A stretch of DNA of 64,000 nt from Anaeromyxobacteraceae bacterium (lineage in GTDB: Bacteria; Myxococcota; Myxococcia; Myxococcales; Anaeromyxobacteraceae): positions 3,072,001-3,136,000 of the forward strand of contig JASGHJ010000002.1 of NCBI GenBank assembly GCA_047602405.1. Reading direction: 5' to 3'. The notes beneath the pieces were generated by a model that worked only from the letters and a program-made list of their open reading frames with translations, ran no database searches and was not told the DNA's origin. Below are positions 10,000 through 19,283 of this stretch, piece by piece. Both the position numbers and the translations under genes were made by a program. Numbering within the stretch: the stretch's first letter is position 1; each line of letters begins with the position of its first letter.

Positions 10000-11601
10000 T
10001 TAGCGACGCTTTCCGCCCGGATCAACGGGGCTCCGGGGATCCGCCGTCCCGCCGGGCGGGCCCCGCCCCGGCAGTGGGTCCTCGCCCCGGTCCCGCGCCT
10101 CGACCCGGGCGTCGAGCCAGCCCTCGGCGAGGGCGATGCGGACCGGGTCGCCCTCGTTCACCGCGGCGCTGCGCGCCACGAGGTGCCCCCGGTCGAGCAC
10201 GAGGGCAAACCCGCGGGAGAGCAGCTTCGCCACGTTCGCAGGCTCCAGACGGGCGGCGAGCCGTTCGAGCCTGAGCTCCTCGCGCCGGAAGGCCTGCGCC
10301 TGCCAGGCCCCCATGCGCCGCGCGGCCGCCTCGACCCGGCGCCGGAGCTCGGTGAGGCGGCGCCGGGGTTCCTGGCGCAGGAGGCGCGGCCGGAGCGCCT
10401 CGAGCCGGGCCCGCTCGCGGCGGAGCGGCACGCGGACCGCGGCGGCGGCCCGGTGCGAGAGGTCGTCGAGCCGGTGGCGGCCGTGGGAGAGGAGCTGGGC
10501 CGGGTCGGCGAGCTCGGCCTTGAGCGCGCGCAGCTCGGCGCGGCGCGAGGCGATGCCCCCGAGGAGCGCGCGCTCGAGCCGGGCGCGCAGCCCGGCCACC
10601 TCGGCGAGGAGCTCGTCCCGGACCGGGGCGACGAGCTGCGCGGCGTGGGTCGGCGTCGCCGCGCGGAGGTCGGCGACGAGGTCCGCCACGGTGACGTCGG
10701 TCTCGTGCCCGACCGCCGAGACCACCGGCACCGGGCAGGCCGCGATCGCCCGGGCGAGCCGCTCGTCGTCGAACGCCGCGAGCTCGTCCGGCGAGCCGCC
10801 CCCGCGGGTCACCACGATGACGTCCACCCCGGCCCGGCAGAGCGCCCTCACCGCCTGGACGACGGTCGCCGCCGCGCCCTCGCCCTGCACGCGGCAGGGC
10901 GCGACCAGCACCGGCAGCGACGGGAACCGCGCGTGCACCACCCGGAGGAAGTCGCGCACCGCCGCGCCGGTCGGGCTCGTCGCGACGCCGATGCGCCGGG
11001 GCAGGAACGGGAGCGGCCGCTTCTTCGCGGGATCGAGGAGCCCGTCCGCCTGCAGCCGCGCCTTCACCTGCTGGACGAGGAGCGCGTGCGCGCCCGCGCC
11101 GCGCGGCTCGAGGTCGTCGACGATGAGCTGGTACTTGCCGTGGGGCGCGTAGATCTCGACGAAGCCGCGCGCGAGGACCTCCTGGCCGTCCTCGGGCTTC
11201 CACCCGAAGCGGCGCGCGGTCGAGGCCCAGGCCACCGCGTTGATGGTGGCGTCGTCGTCCTTGAGCGCGAAGTACACGTGGCCGGAGGACTGGCGGCGCA
11301 GGTTCGTGATCTCGCCCGCGACCCACACGCTGCGGAACTTCGGCTCGACCGCGTTCTTGAGCGCGCGGGTCAGCTCGCCCACCGTGAGCGGCTTCGCGAG
11401 CTCCGCGCGCGGGGGAGGAGGGGGCGCGGGTGGCTCGGCCGCGCGCGGGGGGTCCCTCGACTCCGGGCCCGCTTCGCGGGCCCTGCGCTCGGGATGGGCG
11501 GGCGGGGGGGCCGGCGGCTCCGCCGGGCGCGCCGGCTCGCGCGGCGCGAAGAGATCCCCGGTCGCGCCGGCGTCCGGGGCCCCCCGGCGGCGGGCGCTCA
11601 C
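10000..11601 (-). CDS. xseA: Exodeoxyribonuclease VII large subunit
   Basis: VWVAGEITN..SGHVYFALKD, IGVATSPTGAAVRD, RGGGS, SAVGHETD, RAATPT; GTG overlaps the otsB stop; Pro-rich N-terminal extension. Confidence 0.95.
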   Translation of the reverse strand: MSARRRGAPDAGATGDLFAPREPARPAEPPAPPPAHPERRAREAGPESRDPPRAAEPPAPPPPPRAELAKPLTVGELTRALKNAVEPKFRSVWVAGEITNLRRQSSGHVYFALKDDDATINAVAWASTARRFGWKPEDGQEVLARGFVEIYAPHGKYQLIVDDLEPRGAGAHALLVQQVKARLQADGLLDPAKKRPLPFLPRRIGVATSPTGAAVRDFLRVVHARFPSLPVLVAPCRVQGEGAAATVVQAVRALCRAGVDVIVVTRGGGSPDELAAFDDERLARAIAACPVPVVSAVGHETDVTVADLVADLRAATPTHAAQLVAPVRDELLAEVAGLRARLERALLGGIASRRAELRALKAELADPAQLLSHGRHRLDDLSHRAAAAVRVPLRRERARLEALRPRLLRQEPRRRLTELRRRVEAAARRMGAWQAQAFRREELRLERLAARLEPANVAKLLSRGFALVLDRGHLVARSAAVNEGDPVRIALAEGWLDARVEARDRGEDPLPGRGPPGGTADPRSPVDPGGKRR

Positions 11602-12377
11602 GCGCGGGCCCTCCGCGCGCGGCGGGGCTCGCGCGCCTCGACGAGCAGCTCGAGGAGCTCGTCCATGCGGTCCTGCGCGGGGACCTTCCAGGCGGCGAGC
11701 GACGGGCCCTTGCCGACGTGCACGCCGAACACGAGCGGCGGGCCGACCTCGAAGACGTCCTCGTCGGTCACGTCGTCGCCGGCGTAGAGCGCGCCCGTGC
11801 AGCCCAGCTTCGCGACGAGCGCCCGGACGGCGTCGCCCTTGTTCGGGAACGAGGCGGGGAGGACGTTCAGCACCTTCTTGCCCGGGACGAGCCGCGTCCC
11901 CGAGAGCCGGTTCGCGGCCTCGTACACGCGGAGCTCGGAGGTGCGCCAGGCGCGGGTGAGGCCGTAGTGGACCGCGAGCGTGGAGCGCTTGTCCTCGAAG
12001 AACACGCCCGGGACGCCGGCGAGCGAGCGCTCGAGCGTGCGGCGCCAGGCCTTCACCTGCCGCAGCACCGCGGCGGGGACCGGGAGCGGCCGGCCGAGCT
12101 CGTAGCCGTGGTTGCCGACGATGGTCGAGACGACGTCTCCGACGAAGCGGTGCGTGTCCCGCCAGGCACGCCCCGACACGACCGCGACGGGGTACCGCGT
12201 GCCCAGGCGGGTGAGGAGCTGGCGCGTCTGGGGACGCATGACCGCCCCGGATGGTTCGCGGACGAGCGGCGCGAGCACGCCGTCGTAGTCGAAGGCCAGG
12301 AGGACGCGCTCCGGGTGTGCCTCGCCGACGAAGCGGAGCAGGGAGGCGCGGTGGCGTGGTTGCAAAAGGTCCTTCAT
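11598..12377 (-). CDS. otsB: Trehalose-6-phosphate phosphatase (HAD family)
   Basis: FDYDGVLAP, VVSGR, GNHG, EDK, NKG, YAGDDVTDEDVF. Confidence 0.9.
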   Translation of the reverse strand: MKDLLQPRHRASLLRFVGEAHPERVLLAFDYDGVLAPLVREPSGAVMRPQTRQLLTRLGTRYPVAVVSGRAWRDTHRFVGDVVSTIVGNHGYELGRPLPVPAAVLRQVKAWRRTLERSLAGVPGVFFEDKRSTLAVHYGLTRAWRTSELRVYEAANRLSGTRLVPGKKVLNVLPASFPNKGDAVRALVAKLGCTGALYAGDDVTDEDVFEVGPPLVFGVHVGKGPSLAAWKVPAQDRMDELLELLVEAREPRRARRARA

Positions 12378-12451
12378 GTCGCGTCGATCGGGGACAGGAC
12401 GAGTCTATCACCGCCCCCCCTGGCGCGCCCCCGGCCCTGTACGATGCTCGA

Positions 12452-14278
12452 ATGCCACGCATCCTGGTCGCCGAGGGGCACGCCCCCACGCGCGACTACG
12501 TCCAGCGCAGCCTGGGCGACGCGGGGTTCGAGGTGCTCGCGGCGAACGACGTCGGTTCGGCCTTCGAGCTCTTCTCGACCCGGCGTCCGGACGCCGTGGT
12601 GCTGGGCAGCGACTTCGCGGAAGGTGAAGGCTACGCGCTGGTGCGCAAGCTCCGCGACGCGGACCCGCGCGTCCTCCTCGTCGTCGCCGACAAGCAGCAG
12701 CTCCACGGGTCGACGCCGCCGGACCTCGTCGAGCGGGTCTCCCGCCTCGTCTCTCGCGGGCGCGCGCAGGCGCCGCAGCGGCGGACGCCGCGGCCCTCGA
12801 GCCCGGCGCTCGCGGCGGCGCCGGACTGGCAGGGCGAGCTCGCGCTCGGCGCCGTGGCGCGCCTCTTCCACCAGCTCTGGGAGAACCGCTCCGACGGCGT
12901 GCTCGTGCTCGCCGAGGGCGACCTCGAGCGCCACTTCCTCTTCCACCGCGGCGTCGCGAACGGCTTCTGGTCCCCCGCCGCCGACGAGTCGCTGCTGCGC
13001 TGGATCTGCGGCGAGCGCCACGTCGCCGAGCGGGCGCGCACCATGGCCCTCGAGGCGATGGCGGGCGGGCTCTCCGCCTGCACCGCGCTCGTGGCCGCCG
13101 GCGTCGTCGAGCCGGGCGACGCGCTCGCCGCGCTCCTGCGCCGCCACCTCGGCGCCCGGATCGTGCGCGCGGTGGGCGCGCGCGAGGGGCGCTGGCGCTT
13201 CCACGCGGGCCCGCCGACCGGCGGCGACTGGAGCGCCGTCGAGCTGCGCGCGCCGCTCGCGCCGGTGCTCGAGGGCGCCCGCGGGGCGGTGCACGCGAAC
13301 CACCAGATCGAGGCCCTGCGGAACGTCGCCGAGGCCTTCCCGGTCCGCGGCGCCGCCTTCCAGGCCATCGCCCAGGCCGCGGCGCTCTCGCCCACGGACC
13401 TGAGGCTCGCGCTCTCGATCGGCGGCCGGCAGACGACCCGCACGTGGCTCGAGGCGCGCCGGGCCGAGCTCCGCGACGGCCTCTCGCTCCTCTGGTTCCT
13501 CTCGCTCACCGGCGCGGTCATCTTCCCGGTCGAGCCGGCCGGGGCGACCCCGCCGCCCCACCAGGGCCCGCGCGGCCTGCCCCCGCTCCCGCCCGAGCGC
13601 GCCGAGGCGCTCCGCCAGGCCGCGCTGCAGCTGTTGCCCGCGAGCCCGTACGGCGTGCTCGGGGTAAACGTCACCGCGGACACGGACGAGGTCGAGCGCG
13701 CGTACCACGCGCTCGCGAGGCGGTTCCACCCGGACGCGTACGCCGGGCACGACCTCGGCGACCTCGAGGACCTGCTCGTGGCCGTGCAGGACCGGATCTC
13801 CGCGGCGTACCGGGCGCTCGCGACCGGCGAGCGCCGGGCCACGCAGCTCGCGCTCATGACCAGCCGGCTCGAGCAGGCGGGGGTCCGCAGGCCCGGGCTC
13901 GACCCGCTCGCGGAGCTCGCGCTGTTCCGGGCGTGGAGGGCGCTCGAGGAGCGGCGGCCGGGCGACGCGGTGGAGGCGCTGCGGACCGCGTGCGTGCTCG
14001 CGCCGCGCGAGGCCGAGTACCACGCGATGCTGGCGTTCGCGACGCTGCACGACCCGGCGCTTCCGCCCGGGGCGCAGGCCCGCGAGGCGCTGCGGATCGC
14101 GGAGAAGGCCCTGGGCATGCAGCCGGACCACCCGCGGGCGATCGCCGCGCTCGCGCTCGCCGAGGACCGGCTGGGCGACTCCGTCGAGGCCCGCCGCGTG
14201 CTCCTCGCGGGGCTGAGGGTCCACCCGGAGCACGCGGTGCTGAAGGAAGCGCTGGCCCGGATGCTGGCGCGGCGGTAG
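12452..14278 (+). CDS. Multidomain protein: degenerate receiver, DUF4388/PatA-like region, DnaJ J-domain, TPR repeats
   Basis: N-terminal RILVAE...DAVVLG; middle WQGELALG..ARLF..L....SDGVL; J-domain PYGVLGV...YHALARRFHPD; C-terminal helical TPR-like repeats. Domain names from pattern recognition. Confidence 0.72.
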   Translation: MPRILVAEGHAPTRDYVQRSLGDAGFEVLAANDVGSAFELFSTRRPDAVVLGSDFAEGEGYALVRKLRDADPRVLLVVADKQQLHGSTPPDLVERVSRLVSRGRAQAPQRRTPRPSSPALAAAPDWQGELALGAVARLFHQLWENRSDGVLVLAEGDLERHFLFHRGVANGFWSPAADESLLRWICGERHVAERARTMALEAMAGGLSACTALVAAGVVEPGDALAALLRRHLGARIVRAVGAREGRWRFHAGPPTGGDWSAVELRAPLAPVLEGARGAVHANHQIEALRNVAEAFPVRGAAFQAIAQAAALSPTDLRLALSIGGRQTTRTWLEARRAELRDGLSLLWFLSLTGAVIFPVEPAGATPPPHQGPRGLPPLPPERAEALRQAALQLLPASPYGVLGVNVTADTDEVERAYHALARRFHPDAYAGHDLGDLEDLLVAVQDRISAAYRALATGERRATQLALMTSRLEQAGVRRPGLDPLAELALFRAWRALEERRPGDAVEALRTACVLAPREAEYHAMLAFATLHDPALPPGAQAREALRIAEKALGMQPDHPRAIAALALAEDRLGDSVEARRVLLAGLRVHPEHAVLKEALARMLARR

Positions 14279-14309
14279 CGGGGCGGGCCTCCCTGGAAGC
14301 CCGCCCCGC
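14278..14309. terminator. GC-rich hairpin between convergent genes
   Basis: GCGGGGCGGGC-N10-GCCCGCCCCGC, a perfect 11-bp stem with no U-tract. Confidence 0.4.
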
Positions 14310-14347
14310 CCACGCACGACTGCTCCTCGCTGCGACCGCGTGCTGCG

Positions 14348-16381
14348 CTACCTTCCCCGCCCCGCCATCACCTGCGCGATCTTGAAGAACACGTCCGTGT
14401 TCTCGTACGTCCCCGCGAACGGCAGCCACGCCTCCGGGTCCCGCGCGTACGCGGACAGCGCCACGTCCGAGGCCGTGTGGACCGCCTGCTCCTTGCCCAC
14501 CGCCTGCCCGCGGAGGAACGCGCCGTCCGCCTTCTCGCTGCGCCCGACGGGGCTCGCCGCGTACCCCTTCCCGCCGAGCAGGGTCGAGAGCGCCGCCGGC
14601 GTCAGGCTCTCGCGGCTCGGCCTCGAGGGCGTGAGCCAGTTCTCGTGGCGGTCGCCCGAGGCGCCGAAGCCGACGAGGAGCTTCCCGTCGACGTCGTACG
14701 TCGCGGGGTAGCCGTCCGGCTGGATGGCGTAGGCCGGGAACCTGGCGGCGTCGTACGTCCCGACGAGGCCCTGACGCTTCGGGGCCGTGGCCGGGTCGAG
14801 CGCCGCGGCGTCGGAGGGGGTGGCCCTCAGGTTCGCGATCGTCGTGTTGAGGCCGCCGATGAGCGCGAAGCCGGAGCACTCGTGGTCGGCGGTGACGAGG
14901 ACGAGGGTGTTGCCGTCGCGGCGCGCGAAGTCGAGCGCGGCGCCGATGGCCCGGTCGAACTCGATGACCTCGCCGATGGCGCGCTCGGCGTCCATCTGGT
15001 GCGACTGCTTGTCGATGTGCGCGCCCTCGACCATGAGCACGAAGCCCTGGCGGTCCTTCCTGAGGACGTCGATGGCGACCTTCGTCATCTCGTCGAGCAT
15101 CGGCTGGTCGGGCGAGAGGTGGTCCTGCACGACCGCGTCGGTGTATCCGGCCTGGCCGGCGCGGAACCGGCGCGCGGCGACCTTGTCGAGGGCGACGTTC
15201 ATGTTGCCGTACGCGAAGAGGCCCAGGAGCTTCCTCGGGGGGTTCGACGAGACGGCCTGGAGGCCCGCCGCGTCGGCGACGTAGCCGAAGCCGGCCGCCC
15301 GGAAGCCGGCGACGACGTCGCGGTTCCTGTCGAGCGCGCCCGCCGCGGCGGCCGGGAGCTTCCAGCCGGCGAGGAGGTCGGCCGGGAGCGGACCGTAGTC
15401 GGAGCCGTCGGCGCGCGAGGAGAAGGCGTCGGTCGCGGGCAGGAACCAGCGGCGGCCGCCGCCCATCAGCACGCGGAGGCCCGTGCCGCCCACGCCGGTG
15501 TCCGCGGCGTCGGCCTCGTCGAGGTACTGGTCGATGATGCCGGTGCCGTTGCCACGGGCCTGCGTGAAGACCGCGTTCGCCGCGGGCGTCGCGTCCTCGA
15601 TGTCGGCGGTGGTGACGATGCCGAGCGAGGTGCCGCGGGTGCGGTGGAGGTAGTGGCCGAGGTACTCGATGCGCGGCGCGTAGAAGGGGTTCGTGACCGT
15701 GGCCGGCCACACGCCCTCCTGGTTGTTGTTCTGGTGGTTGCCGGTCGTGTAGCAGCTCATGCCCGGCGCCGAGTCGGTGATGATCGAGTTGAGGGAGTGG
15801 GTCGAGACGAGGCCGACGCCCGGCATCGTGTCCATCGCGAGGCGGCCGTTCGGCGTCCCGCCGGTCACGCCGCGGGACACGATGCGGCCCGCGGTGCGGT
15901 GCGCGACGCCCATGCCGTCGCCGAGGAAGATGACCACGTTCTTGATGCCGCCGCCGCGGCGCTGGTCCCGCCCGCCCCGCCCGTCCTCGTCGCCGCCGAC
16001 GTCCTCGACCCCGATGAAGGAGGTCCTCGTGACGGCGACGCCGGAGCCGTCGACGAACGTCGCCTCGAGCACGTGGGTGCCGGGCTTCACGAGCGAGAAG
16101 CCGCGCACGTTGAAGCCGCCCCAGCCGGCCGGTGAGATGCCGTCGGTGGCGACGTGGTCGAGCGCGCCCGAGGTGAAGTTGACGATCCGGCCGTCCACCT
16201 TCAGCGAGGCCGAGTAGGGCGCGGCGCCCTTGCCCTCGACGCGGATGTCGAAGCGCTGCCCCGGCAGGAAGCGGGCGCCGTTCGGCGGGAAGACGGCCAC
16301 GTTCGTGGCCTGGGCGCTCGCGGCGCCGGCCGTGCAGAGCACGGCGGCGACGACCGAGAGCGGGAGGAGCTTCTGCGTCAT
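14348..16381 (-). CDS. Secreted alkaline phosphatase (PhoA family) with N-terminal accessory domain
   Basis: Signal peptide; NVVIFLGDGMG, ITDSAP (catalytic Ser), DATPA, VEGAHIDKQSH, TADH, HT motifs. Confidence 0.9.
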   Translation of the reverse strand: MTQKLLPLSVVAAVLCTAGAASAQATNVAVFPPNGARFLPGQRFDIRVEGKGAAPYSASLKVDGRIVNFTSGALDHVATDGISPAGWGGFNVRGFSLVKPGTHVLEATFVDGSGVAVTRTSFIGVEDVGGDEDGRGGRDQRRGGGIKNVVIFLGDGMGVAHRTAGRIVSRGVTGGTPNGRLAMDTMPGVGLVSTHSLNSIITDSAPGMSCYTTGNHQNNNQEGVWPATVTNPFYAPRIEYLGHYLHRTRGTSLGIVTTADIEDATPAANAVFTQARGNGTGIIDQYLDEADAADTGVGGTGLRVLMGGGRRWFLPATDAFSSRADGSDYGPLPADLLAGWKLPAAAAGALDRNRDVVAGFRAAGFGYVADAAGLQAVSSNPPRKLLGLFAYGNMNVALDKVAARRFRAGQAGYTDAVVQDHLSPDQPMLDEMTKVAIDVLRKDRQGFVLMVEGAHIDKQSHQMDAERAIGEVIEFDRAIGAALDFARRDGNTLVLVTADHECSGFALIGGLNTTIANLRATPSDAAALDPATAPKRQGLVGTYDAARFPAYAIQPDGYPATYDVDGKLLVGFGASGDRHENWLTPSRPSRESLTPAALSTLLGGKGYAASPVGRSEKADGAFLRGQAVGKEQAVHTASDVALSAYARDPEAWLPFAGTYENTDVFFKIAQVMAGRGR

Positions 16382-16830
16382 CGGGTGTTCTCCTGGGTCG
16401 TGGGGGTGCTGCGGGGAAGGTCGACGAGGATCCGGATCCACGAGACGCGGCCGTCCGCGTCCTCCGCGCGGCCGACGTCGAGGAGGCCCTCGACCTCGAC
16501 GGCCCCGTCGAGCGCGGGCAGCGGGCCCTCGAGGCCGCGGACCTCGACGCGCACGGCGCCCGGCGGGAGATCGCCCGTGCCGCCGCCGCTCTCGTCGGCC
16601 TCGACCGGCCGGGCGGCGAGGTAGAACGCGCCGCGGGGCGGCTCCTCCATGTGCACGGGATGACCGGCGAGCCTGACCCGCCGGCCCGCGAGCGCCGCGA
16701 CCTCGGGCGCGACGCGCGCGCCCGACGGGCCGGTCACGAACAGGTGCTCGAAGGCGAGCGCCGGCGGGGGCGGCGCGGCCGGCGAGGACGAGAGGTTGAG
16801 CGCGAGCGCGGCGGCGAGGGCGAGGGGCAT
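16378..16830 (-). CDS. Hypothetical exported protein
   Basis: 150 aa with a signal-like N-terminus; stop overlaps the phosphatase ATG (ATGA). Confidence 0.7.
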   Translation of the reverse strand: MPLALAAALALNLSSSPAAPPPPALAFEHLFVTGPSGARVAPEVAALAGRRVRLAGHPVHMEEPPRGAFYLAARPVEADESGGGTGDLPPGAVRVEVRGLEGPLPALDGAVEVEGLLDVGRAEDADGRVSWIRILVDLPRSTPTTQENTR

Positions 16831-16913
16831 CGATCCTCCGTGGGACGGAGGACGTTCTCTCGCGGGCGCTTGGCTACCGCGTGGCGGCCGGGTGAAGGAT
16901 CAGCGACGCCGGC

Positions 16914-17880
16914 TCAGGGCTTCATCCCCTGCCCGGCCATGCCCCTCTTGACCACGTCGGCCATCGCCGCCACGAAGTCCGGCCGCACGCCGAGCGCGGG
17001 GACCCGGCTGAAGCCGAGCGCCCCACCCTTCGCGCACGCCTCCTTCGCGAGGATGTCCATGTCGTAGAGCGTCTCGAGGTGCTCGGAGACGAAGGCGATC
17101 GGCACGCCGACGATCCAGCGGCCCTTCGCGTTCGCGGCGAGCCACTCGGAGGTGTCCGGGCCGAGCCACTGCGCGGGGCCGACCTTCGACTGGTAGGTCA
17201 CCTGGAACGGCAGGTCCCCGGCGCGGCGGGCGCTCTCGCGCGACGAGTGCTCGATGTACTGCGGGTAGGGATCGCCCTTCCGCACCTGGCTCATCGGGAG
17301 GCCGTGCGCGGAGAAGACCACCAGCACCTTCTCGCGGTGCTCGGCCGGGACCGTCGCGACGGTCTCCCGGAGCGCGGCCGCGGACGACGCGAGGTAGCCC
17401 TCGTGGTCGTGCCAGGTGCAGACCTCGGCGAGCGGCCGGTCCTTCGGCCAGAGCCGGCGGAGCTCGAGCAGCGACGACTTCGTGGTCGCGTTCGCGTACT
17501 GCGGATAGAGCGGCAGCGCGAGCGCCCGGGTCGCGCCGGCGGCGAGCGCCGCCTTCACGCCCTCCTCGGTGTTCGGATGCCCGCAGCGCATCGCGAGGTG
17601 GCAGCTGAACCCCGGCCCGAGCACCTTCGCGAGCGCGGCGGCCTGCGCCTCGGTGCCCTCGACGATGGGCGACTTCCCGCCGATGAGCGCGTACTTCTCG
17701 GCCGAGGACGGCGCGCGGAAGTGGCTGATGAGCCAGGCGACGAGCGGCCGGAACGGGCCGAACGGCGCCGAGATGAGGAGCGGGTCGCTGAAGAAGCTCG
17801 TAGAGGTAGGGCTCGACCTCCTCGAGGTTCCGCGGACCGCCCAGGTTCATCAGGAAGACCGCGGTCTTCTCGGTGGCCAT
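16914..17880 (-). CDS. hemH: Ferrochelatase (frameshift near 17794, probable sequence error)
   Basis: LMNLGGP; after correction ELFSDP, IGGKSPI, LPLYPQY, VFSAHGLP, YQSKVGP..WLGP, FVSEHLETLYDMD. Confidence 0.93.
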
Positions 17881-17886
17881 GCCGGG

Positions 17887-19269
17887 CTAGACGGTCCTGG
17901 AGAACGTCGGCTTCTTCTCGCCCGCGTGCTTCTCGAGGTACGCGTCGAAGAGCATCGCGACGTTGCGGACGAGGAGCTGGCCCATCGGCGTGACCCTGAG
18001 GACGTCCCCGTCGAAGGTGACGAGGCCGTCCGCCTCGAGCTCCGCCCGCCCCTTCGAGAGCGAGTGCTCGACCGCGGCGCGCGCGCCGGGCCCGAACTTC
18101 TCGGCCACCTCGCGGAGGTCGAGCTTGAGCAGGCACATCACCCGGTTGATCACGAACCGGCGCATGAGGTCGTCGTCGGTCATCGACGCGCCCTTCGCGA
18201 TCGGCAGCTCGCCCGCGAGCACGCGCTCGTTCCAGTCCTTGAGCCGGTGCTGGTTCTGGGCGTAGGCGCCGCCGATGTCGGAGATCGACGTCATGCCGAA
18301 GGCGACCGTGTCCGGCGCGGGCCGGACGGTGTAGCCCTGGAAGTTCCGGAACATCGTGCCGGCGTCCTGGGCCTGCGCGAGCTCGTCGGTCTCCAGCGCG
18401 AAGTGGTCGAGGCCGATCAGGCGGTAGCCGGCGCCGGTGAAGGCGCCGACCGACTGCAGGAACAGCTCGACGCGCTGCTCGGTCTTCGGCAGCGCCTCCT
18501 GGGGCAGGAGCCGCTGGTGCGGCTTCGCCCACGGCACGTACGCGAACCCGAAGACCGCCATGCGATCGGGGTGGATCTCGAGGATCTGGTCGAGCGTCTT
18601 CTTCCAGGTCTGGGGCGTCTGGTACGGCAGGCCGTAGATGAGGTCGAGGTTGACGCCCTTGAAGCCGTGCTCGCGCGCGGCCTTCACGAGATCGGCGGTC
18701 TCGCCGTAGCCCTGGATCCGGCCGACGACCTCCTGCACCTTGCCGTCGAAGTCCTGCACGCCCATCGAGATGCGGTTGAAGCCGAGCGACGCGAGGAGCG
18801 CGATCTGCGAGCGGGTCGTGATGGCCGGGTCGATCTCGATGGCCTTCTCGCCGCCGGGCACGAGCTCGAAGTGCCGCATGATGATCGCGTGGCAGCGCTC
18901 GAGCTGCTTCTCGTCGAGGAAGGTCGGCGTGCCGCCACCCCAGTGGAGCTGGGTGAACTTCCGGCGGTTGGGCAGCCGCTTCGCGACGAGCTCGACCTCC
19001 TTCTCGAGGACGTCGAGGTACGCGTCCGCGCGGGAGCGGTCGTGGGTCGCGACCACGTTGCACCCGCAGAACCGGCACATCTCCTTGCAGAACGGGAGGT
19101 GCACGTAGATCGAGAGCGGCTCGGGGCTCCGGTCGGCCTTCGCGAGGTGCTCGGCGTACGCGCCCGGGCCGAAGTCCTCCGACCACTCGGGCGCGGTCGG
19201 GTAGCTCGTGTAGCGCGGGCCCGGACGGTCGTACTTCTTGATCAGCGCGGGGGACGGGATTCGGATCAC
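17887..19269 (-). CDS. hemN: Oxygen-independent coproporphyrinogen III oxidase (radical SAM)
   Basis: KYDRPGPRYTSYPTAP, YVHLPFCKEMCRFCGC, HWGGGTPT, IGLDHFA, RNFQGY. Confidence 0.97.
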   Translation of the reverse strand: MIRIPSPALIKKYDRPGPRYTSYPTAPEWSEDFGPGAYAEHLAKADRSPEPLSIYVHLPFCKEMCRFCGCNVVATHDRSRADAYLDVLEKEVELVAKRLPNRRKFTQLHWGGGTPTFLDEKQLERCHAIIMRHFELVPGGEKAIEIDPAITTRSQIALLASLGFNRISMGVQDFDGKVQEVVGRIQGYGETADLVKAAREHGFKGVNLDLIYGLPYQTPQTWKKTLDQILEIHPDRMAVFGFAYVPWAKPHQRLLPQEALPKTEQRVELFLQSVGAFTGAGYRLIGLDHFALETDELAQAQDAGTMFRNFQGYTVRPAPDTVAFGMTSISDIGGAYAQNQHRLKDWNERVLAGELPIAKGASMTDDDLMRRFVINRVMCLLKLDLREVAEKFGPGARAAVEHSLSKGRAELEADGLVTFDGDVLRVTPMGQLLVRNVAMLFDAYLEKHAGEKKPTFSRTV

Positions 19270-19283
19270 TTAGGACCTCTCGT

